From: an uncultured delta proteobacterium
GTDB lineage: Bacteria; Myxococcota; Myxococcia; SLRQ01
Assembly (NCBI GenBank): GCA_963727485.1
Contig: CAVSGM010000001.1
Span: 448,001 to 512,000, forward strand
Direction: 5' to 3'
DNA length: 64,000 nt
Within the stretch, counting starts at the first letter, position 1. Every line of letters begins with the position of its first letter. A program made the translations under genes and the position numbers. The notes beneath the pieces were generated by a model that saw only the letters and a program-made list of their open reading frames with translations, did no database searches and was not told the DNA's origin. Below, one piece after another: positions 58,893 through 64,000 of the stretch.

Positions 58893-59513
58893 CTAGCGCA
58901 GCACCGAGGTGCGCAGCCACGCCCCCAGGCCGTCGAAGATCATCTCCACCGCGATGGTCCCCACCAGCACCGCGGCGACGCGCCCCAGGATGTCGACGTA
59001 GCGCTCCACCAGGGCGGCGCTGCGCTTGCGCACTCCGTCGAAGATCACCTTGGCCACCAGGATGATCACCACCGTGCCCACCAGGGCCAGGGCGATGGCG
59101 ATCAGCGCCATCCAGTACGAGAGGTGGGCCCCGGCGAGGACCGCGGCGCTCACCGTCCCCGGCCCGATCATGAAGGGCATGGCGATGGCGCCGGCGAGGT
59201 GCTCCGGCGGCCCCCGGAGCACCGTCACCGTCTCCCCCCCGGCGACCATGAACTTCAGGCCGATGACCAGGAACACGATGCCCCCGAAGACCTGGAAGGC
59301 GGCGAACTGGATGTGGAGGACGTCGGTGAAGATGCGGTTCCCGCCCAGGGCGAAGATGCCAAAGACCACCCCGCTGATGAGCGAGGCCCGGCCCATCATC
59401 GCCCCGATGGTCTTCAGCGGATGCTCGTGGAGGATGTCCACGAGGTAGACCACCAGGGCGAAGGGGTTGAGGATCACCAGGAGCAGCGACGCCGACTCGA
59501 CCAGCCCGTGCAT
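58893..59513 (-). CDS. MarC family membrane protein
   Basis: ILNPF, FQVFGGIVF, AMPFMIGPGT. Confidence 0.88.
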   Translation of the reverse strand: MHGLVESASLLLVILNPFALVVYLVDILHEHPLKTIGAMMGRASLISGVVFGIFALGGNRIFTDVLHIQFAAFQVFGGIVFLVIGLKFMVAGGETVTVLRGPPEHLAGAIAMPFMIGPGTVSAAVLAGAHLSYWMALIAIALALVGTVVIILVAKVIFDGVRKRSAALVERYVDILGRVAAVLVGTIAVEMIFDGLGAWLRTSVLR

Positions 59514-59580
59514 GGGTCCGAGAGGGCAACAGAGCCGCCGCCCCCGGTCAACCCCCGACGCCCGCGCCGGGCCCGGCGCC

Positions 59581-62500
59581 TCACCCCCCGGTGCCGGTCC
59601 GGACCGCCTCGGGCTCGACCTCGCGCACCGCCTCCGGGGTCCGGAGGAAGGGCAGCCACTTCCGGAGCCGCGCGGGCACCGCGTCCATGTAGGTGTAGAC
59701 CACCGGGGTGATGAAGAGGGTGAGCAGCTGGCTGAAGAGCAGGCCGCCGACCACCGCCAGGCCCAGCGGCTGCCGGCTCTCGGCCCCGGCGCCCACCGCG
59801 AGCGCGATGGGCAGGGTGCCGAAGAGGGCGGCGAAGGTGGTCATCATGATCGGCCGGAACCGGACCACGCAGGCCTCGTAGATGGCGTCGGCGGCGTTCT
59901 TCCCCTCGGTGCGCTGCGCGTCGAGGGCGAAGTCGATCATGATGATGCCGTTCTTCTTCACCAGGCCCACCAGCATGATGATGCCCACGAAGGCATAGAT
60001 CGACAGCTCGGTGTTGAAGATCATCAGGGTGACCAGCGCCCCGAAGCCCGCCATCGGCAGCGCCGAGAGGATCGTCAGCGGGTGGATGAAGCTCTCGTAG
60101 AGGATCCCGAGGACGATGTAGATGACCAGGATGGTGATGATGAGCAGCACCCCGAGGTTCCTCACCGACGACTGGAACACCTGGGCGTTGCCGGCAAAGC
60201 CCCCGGAGATGGTCCCGGGGAGGGTGTCCCGGGCGAGCTGCTGGACCTTGGCGGTGGCCTCGGAGAGGGAGGCCCCCGGGGCCACGTTGAAGCTCACCGT
60301 CACCGCGGGCAGCTGTCCCTGGTGGTTGATCGACAGCGGCCCCACCCCGCGGGTGATCTTCGCCACCGCCGAGAGGGGGACCATGCTCCCTGTCGAGGCG
60401 CGCACGTAGAGGCTGGCCAGCGCCGAGGGGTCGTTCTGGTACTTGGGCTCGACCTCCATGATCACCACGTAGGTGTTGTTCGGCGCGTAGATGGTCGACA
60501 CCTGCCGCGAGCCGTAAGCGTCGGCCAGCGTCGTCTCGATGTCGGCCATGCTCACGCCGAGGGTCGCCGCCCGGTCCCGGTCGATGTCGAGGTCGACCTC
60601 GGGGTTCTTGATCTCGAGGTCGCTGGTGACGTCCCGGAGGATCGGCACCTGCTTCATCTCCCCTTCGAGCTTCTCCGAGGCCGCGTAGAGCTGCTGGGTG
60701 TCCGGCCCCTGGAGGGTGAACTGGTACTCGCTGCGGCTGGGCCGGCCCCCGAGGCGGATCGGCGGCGGGTTGACCATGAACACCCGCATCCCCGGCACCG
60801 AGTTCACCTTGGGCCAGAGCATCTGGATCACCTTGTCGACCGAGGGGCGCTGGCTGCGGGGCTTGAGGTGGACGAACATGAACCCCTGGTTGCCGCCGCC
60901 GCCCGAGCTCGACATGAACCGCGAGACGTAGGGGTTCTTGGCCATGATCGCCGCCACCTCCTGCTGGTGGCGCATCATCGAGTGGTAGCTGATGCCCTCC
61001 TCGGCCTGGGTGGAGACGAAGAACCCGCCGTTGTCCTCCGAGGGCAAGAAGCCCTTGGGGATGACCATGAACAGGTAGATGGTCACCCCGAAGACCGCGA
61101 AGAGCACCGCCATGGTGAACCGGCGGTGCTTGAGCACCCACTTCAGGCCCAGCTCGTAGCCGCCGAGGGTCCACTGGAAGCCGCGCTCGATGGCGTTGTA
61201 GAGGGCGCCGTGGCCGGCGGCCCTCTGGGGCCGGAGGAAGCGGCTGGAGAGCATGGGCGTGAGGGTCAGGGACACGATGCCGGAGACGATGACCGCCGAG
61301 CCGATGGTCACCGCGAACTCGTGGAAGAGCCGGCCGATGATGCCCCCGAGGAAGAGCACCGGGATGAACACCGCCGCCAGCGACAGGGTCATGGAGATGA
61401 TGGTGAAGCCGATCTCCCGGGCGCCATCGATGGCCGCCTGGTAGGCGGGCTTGCCCATCTCCATGTGCCGGACGACGTTCTCCAGCATCACGATGGCGTC
61501 GTCGACCACGAAGCCCACCGACAACGTCAGCGCCATCAGCGACAGGTTGTCGAGGCTGTAGCCCAGCACGTACATGACCCCGAAGGTGCCGACGATGGAC
61601 ATCGGCAGGGCCAGGGCCGGGATCACCGTCGCCGAGAGATTCCGGAGGAAGAGGAAGATCACCAGCACCACCAGGAGCAGCGCCAGGAAGAGGGTGAACT
61701 TCACGTCGTTCACCGAGTCGCGGATGGACTCGGCGCGGTCGAAGAGCACGTGCAGGCTCACCGACGCCGGCAGCTGGTCCCGGAAGGTGGGCAGGAGCTT
61801 CTGCACCGCCTCGGAGACCGCCACGGTGTTGGTCCCCGGCTGGCGCTGGATCGCCAGCACCATCGACCGCTGGTTGATGTACCAGGCGGCGCTCTTGTCG
61901 TTCTGCACACTGTCGACGACGTGGGCCACCTGGTCGAGGCGTACCGGCTGGCCGTTGCGGTAGGCGACCACGATGTTCCGGTAGTCCTTGGCCCGGCGCA
62001 GCTGGCCGTTGGCCTGGACGGTGAACGCCTTGTAGGGCCCGTAGAGGGTCCCGGTGGGGAGGTTGACGTTGGCGCCCTGGATCGCCTGGGCCACCTGCTG
62101 CAGCCCGATGCCCCGGGAGGCGAGGCGCTCGGGGTCGACCTGGACCCGCACCGCGTACTTCTGGGAGCCGTAGACCAGCACCTGGGCCACGCCGCTCACC
62201 GTGGAGATGCGCTGGGCCATCAGGGTCTCGGCGTACTCGTCGAGCTGGGAGAGCGGCAGGGTGGGCGAGGTGAGCGCCACGTAGAGGATCGGCGAGTCGG
62301 CGGGGTTCACCTTCCGGTAGGAAGGCGGCGAGGGCATGTCGTTGGGCAGGCGCCCCTGGACCTGGGCGATGGCCGCCTGGACGTCCTGGGCGGCGGCGTC
62401 GATGTTCTTGTCGAGGGCGAACTGGAGGGTGATGCTCGTCGAGCCCTGGGAGCTCGAGGAGGTCATGGTGTCGAGGCCGGCGATGGTGGAGAACTGGCGC

Positions 62501-62703
62501 TCCAGGGGCGTGGCCACCGCCGCGGCCATGGTCTCGGGGCTGGCCCCGGGGAGATCGGCGCCGACCTGGATCGTCGGCATGTCGACGTTGGGCAGATCGC
62601 TCACCGGCAGGTCGCGGTAGGCGATGATGCCGGCGCCGAGGATGGCCACCATCACCAGGGTGGTCATCACCGGCCGGCGGATGAAGAGCCGGGAGAAGTT
62701 CAC
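59581..62703 (-). CDS. RND efflux permease (MdtB/MdtC-like)
   Basis: FIRRPV, GFVVDDAIVMLEN, GLVKKNGI, RFRPIMMT; 1040 aa. Confidence 0.95.
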   Translation of the reverse strand: MNFSRLFIRRPVMTTLVMVAILGAGIIAYRDLPVSDLPNVDMPTIQVGADLPGASPETMAAAVATPLERQFSTIAGLDTMTSSSSQGSTSITLQFALDKNIDAAAQDVQAAIAQVQGRLPNDMPSPPSYRKVNPADSPILYVALTSPTLPLSQLDEYAETLMAQRISTVSGVAQVLVYGSQKYAVRVQVDPERLASRGIGLQQVAQAIQGANVNLPTGTLYGPYKAFTVQANGQLRRAKDYRNIVVAYRNGQPVRLDQVAHVVDSVQNDKSAAWYINQRSMVLAIQRQPGTNTVAVSEAVQKLLPTFRDQLPASVSLHVLFDRAESIRDSVNDVKFTLFLALLLVVLVIFLFLRNLSATVIPALALPMSIVGTFGVMYVLGYSLDNLSLMALTLSVGFVVDDAIVMLENVVRHMEMGKPAYQAAIDGAREIGFTIISMTLSLAAVFIPVLFLGGIIGRLFHEFAVTIGSAVIVSGIVSLTLTPMLSSRFLRPQRAAGHGALYNAIERGFQWTLGGYELGLKWVLKHRRFTMAVLFAVFGVTIYLFMVIPKGFLPSEDNGGFFVSTQAEEGISYHSMMRHQQEVAAIMAKNPYVSRFMSSSGGGGNQGFMFVHLKPRSQRPSVDKVIQMLWPKVNSVPGMRVFMVNPPPIRLGGRPSRSEYQFTLQGPDTQQLYAASEKLEGEMKQVPILRDVTSDLEIKNPEVDLDIDRDRAATLGVSMADIETTLADAYGSRQVSTIYAPNNTYVVIMEVEPKYQNDPSALASLYVRASTGSMVPLSAVAKITRGVGPLSINHQGQLPAVTVSFNVAPGASLSEATAKVQQLARDTLPGTISGGFAGNAQVFQSSVRNLGVLLIITILVIYIVLGILYESFIHPLTILSALPMAGFGALVTLMIFNTELSIYAFVGIIMLVGLVKKNGIIMIDFALDAQRTEGKNAADAIYEACVVRFRPIMMTTFAALFGTLPIALAVGAGAESRQPLGLAVVGGLLFSQLLTLFITPVVYTYMDAVPARLRKWLPFLRTPEAVREVEPEAVRTGTGG

Positions 62704-63866
62704 GACGCCTCTCCGCCCGCCGCGGCCGCGCCGGTCACCGGCTCGATCTTCGAGCCCGGGGTGAGCTTGAGCTGCCCGTCGGTGACCACCGTCTCACCGC
62801 CCTTGAGGCCGGTGTCGATGACCACCTCCCCCTGGAGGTGGGCGCCGACCTTCACCGGCTGCATCTTCACCGTGTCGCCCTTCTCCACCACGAACACGAA
62901 GTTGCCCTTCTGGCTGGTCTGCACCGCCTGATCCGGGACCACCACCGAGTTCTGCTGGCGGCGGACCACCAGGACCACGTTGACGAACTGCCCGGGCCAG
63001 AGCCCGTCGTCGTCGTTGGGGAAGGTGGCCTTGAGGACCACGGTGCCGGTGGCCGCTTCCACGGCGTTGTCCACGAAGGAGAGCTTGCCGGTGTGGGCCT
63101 TGCCGCCCGCGGGGGTGGCGGTCACCGCGAGGGCGTCCCCGGCGGCGGCCTCCCGGCGGACCTCGGCGAGGCGATCCTCGGGGATGGAGAAGGTCACGTA
63201 GATCGGCCGCAGGGTGCGGATGGTGACCAGGGACTGGGCGGACTGGGGGCTGACCAGGTTGCCCGCCTGGACCAGCAGCCGCCCGGTGCGCCCGGCGATG
63301 GGCGACCGGAGGGTGGTCCAGGAGAGGTTGAGCCGCGCGGACTCCAGGGCCGCCTGGTCCACCTTCACCGTGGCCGCCGAGGAGTCGGCGTTGGCCTTGG
63401 CGGTGTCGAAGGTGCCCTTGTCGATGTAGCCCTTGCCCCGCAGCGCCTGCATCCGCTTGAAGGTCACCTGGTCGTTGGCGGCGATGACCCGGTCCTTGGC
63501 GAGCTTGGCCTCGGCCTGGTCGAGGGTCGCCCGGTAGGGGGCCGGGTCGATGGTGAAGAGCACCTGCCCCTTCTTCACCGCGTCGCCCTCGGAGAACGCC
63601 ACCTTCTCCAGGATGCCACCGACCTGGGGCCGCACCTCCACGGTGTTGGCCGCCTCCACGTTGCCGATGGCGCTGATCTCCACCGGGGTGGTCTTCACCA
63701 GCGCCTTGGCGGTGCGCACCGGGACCGGCGGGGCTCCGCGGTGGCCCCCGGGCCCGCCGTGTCCGCCGCCTCCGCCCTTGCAGCCGGCGAGGGCGAAAGC
63801 GAGGGCCAGGGCGCCGACGGCGAGGCGGCGCCGGGCGGAAAACGGGTCGGGCGTGGGGGTGGGCAT
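62700..63866 (-). CDS. RND efflux periplasmic adaptor (MdtA-like lipoprotein)
   Basis: Lipobox LAGC; VRPQVGG, SPIAGRTG, LWPGQFV. Confidence 0.93.
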   Translation of the reverse strand: MPTPTPDPFSARRRLAVGALALAFALAGCKGGGGGHGGPGGHRGAPPVPVRTAKALVKTTPVEISAIGNVEAANTVEVRPQVGGILEKVAFSEGDAVKKGQVLFTIDPAPYRATLDQAEAKLAKDRVIAANDQVTFKRMQALRGKGYIDKGTFDTAKANADSSAATVKVDQAALESARLNLSWTTLRSPIAGRTGRLLVQAGNLVSPQSAQSLVTIRTLRPIYVTFSIPEDRLAEVRREAAAGDALAVTATPAGGKAHTGKLSFVDNAVEAATGTVVLKATFPNDDDGLWPGQFVNVVLVVRRQQNSVVVPDQAVQTSQKGNFVFVVEKGDTVKMQPVKVGAHLQGEVVIDTGLKGGETVVTDGQLKLTPGSKIEPVTGAAAAGGEAS

Positions 63867-64000
63867 GGAGGCTCCTGGGGCGTTGGGCGGGGCATAGTAT
63901 CCACCCCCCGCCGGGAAGTGCCAGCGGTCCCGAGGCGGCTCCCCTCGGGCTCGGACCGGGGTCCCTTCCGACCCCGCCCGGGACCCTGGCGACGGGATCT

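Noticed and set aside
63908..63923. Sigma54 promoter for the RND operon
   Set aside because: Minus-strand TGGCACTTCCCGGC gives GG-N9-GC.

Overview
Very GC-rich chromosomal window that looks like Myxococcota/deltaproteobacterial DNA (RpoH-type sigma, MXAN_5808-like S41 protease, PrkA-YeaH-SpoVR, zinc-ribbon/DUF3426 protein, paired ArsA/Get3-like ATPases). About 58 genes, mostly housekeeping or envelope functions. I found no rRNA, tRNA or CRISPR array. At least 8 genes carry single-base frameshifts, several in C/G runs, which suggests long-read assembly errors. Most interesting candidates: (1) a Get3/ArsA-like pair + phasin-like protein + deviant ParA + PhaR cluster that could target or position storage granules; (2) a sigma54-driven orphan pair of an EspA/Bsp22-like type III substrate and a SycD-like chaperone, with no T3SS genes nearby; (3) a solitary RAYT-like HUH nuclease under a TGTCAG-N10-TAGAAT (RecA-NDp/PafBC-type) promoter; (4) a sigma54 three-gene envelope operon; (5) a lower-GC HigBA-like toxin-antitoxin insert; (6) a ~116-nt hairpin upstream of a DEAD-box helicase; (7) many apparently leaderless genes. 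All family calls come from reading motifs by eye; no database search was run.
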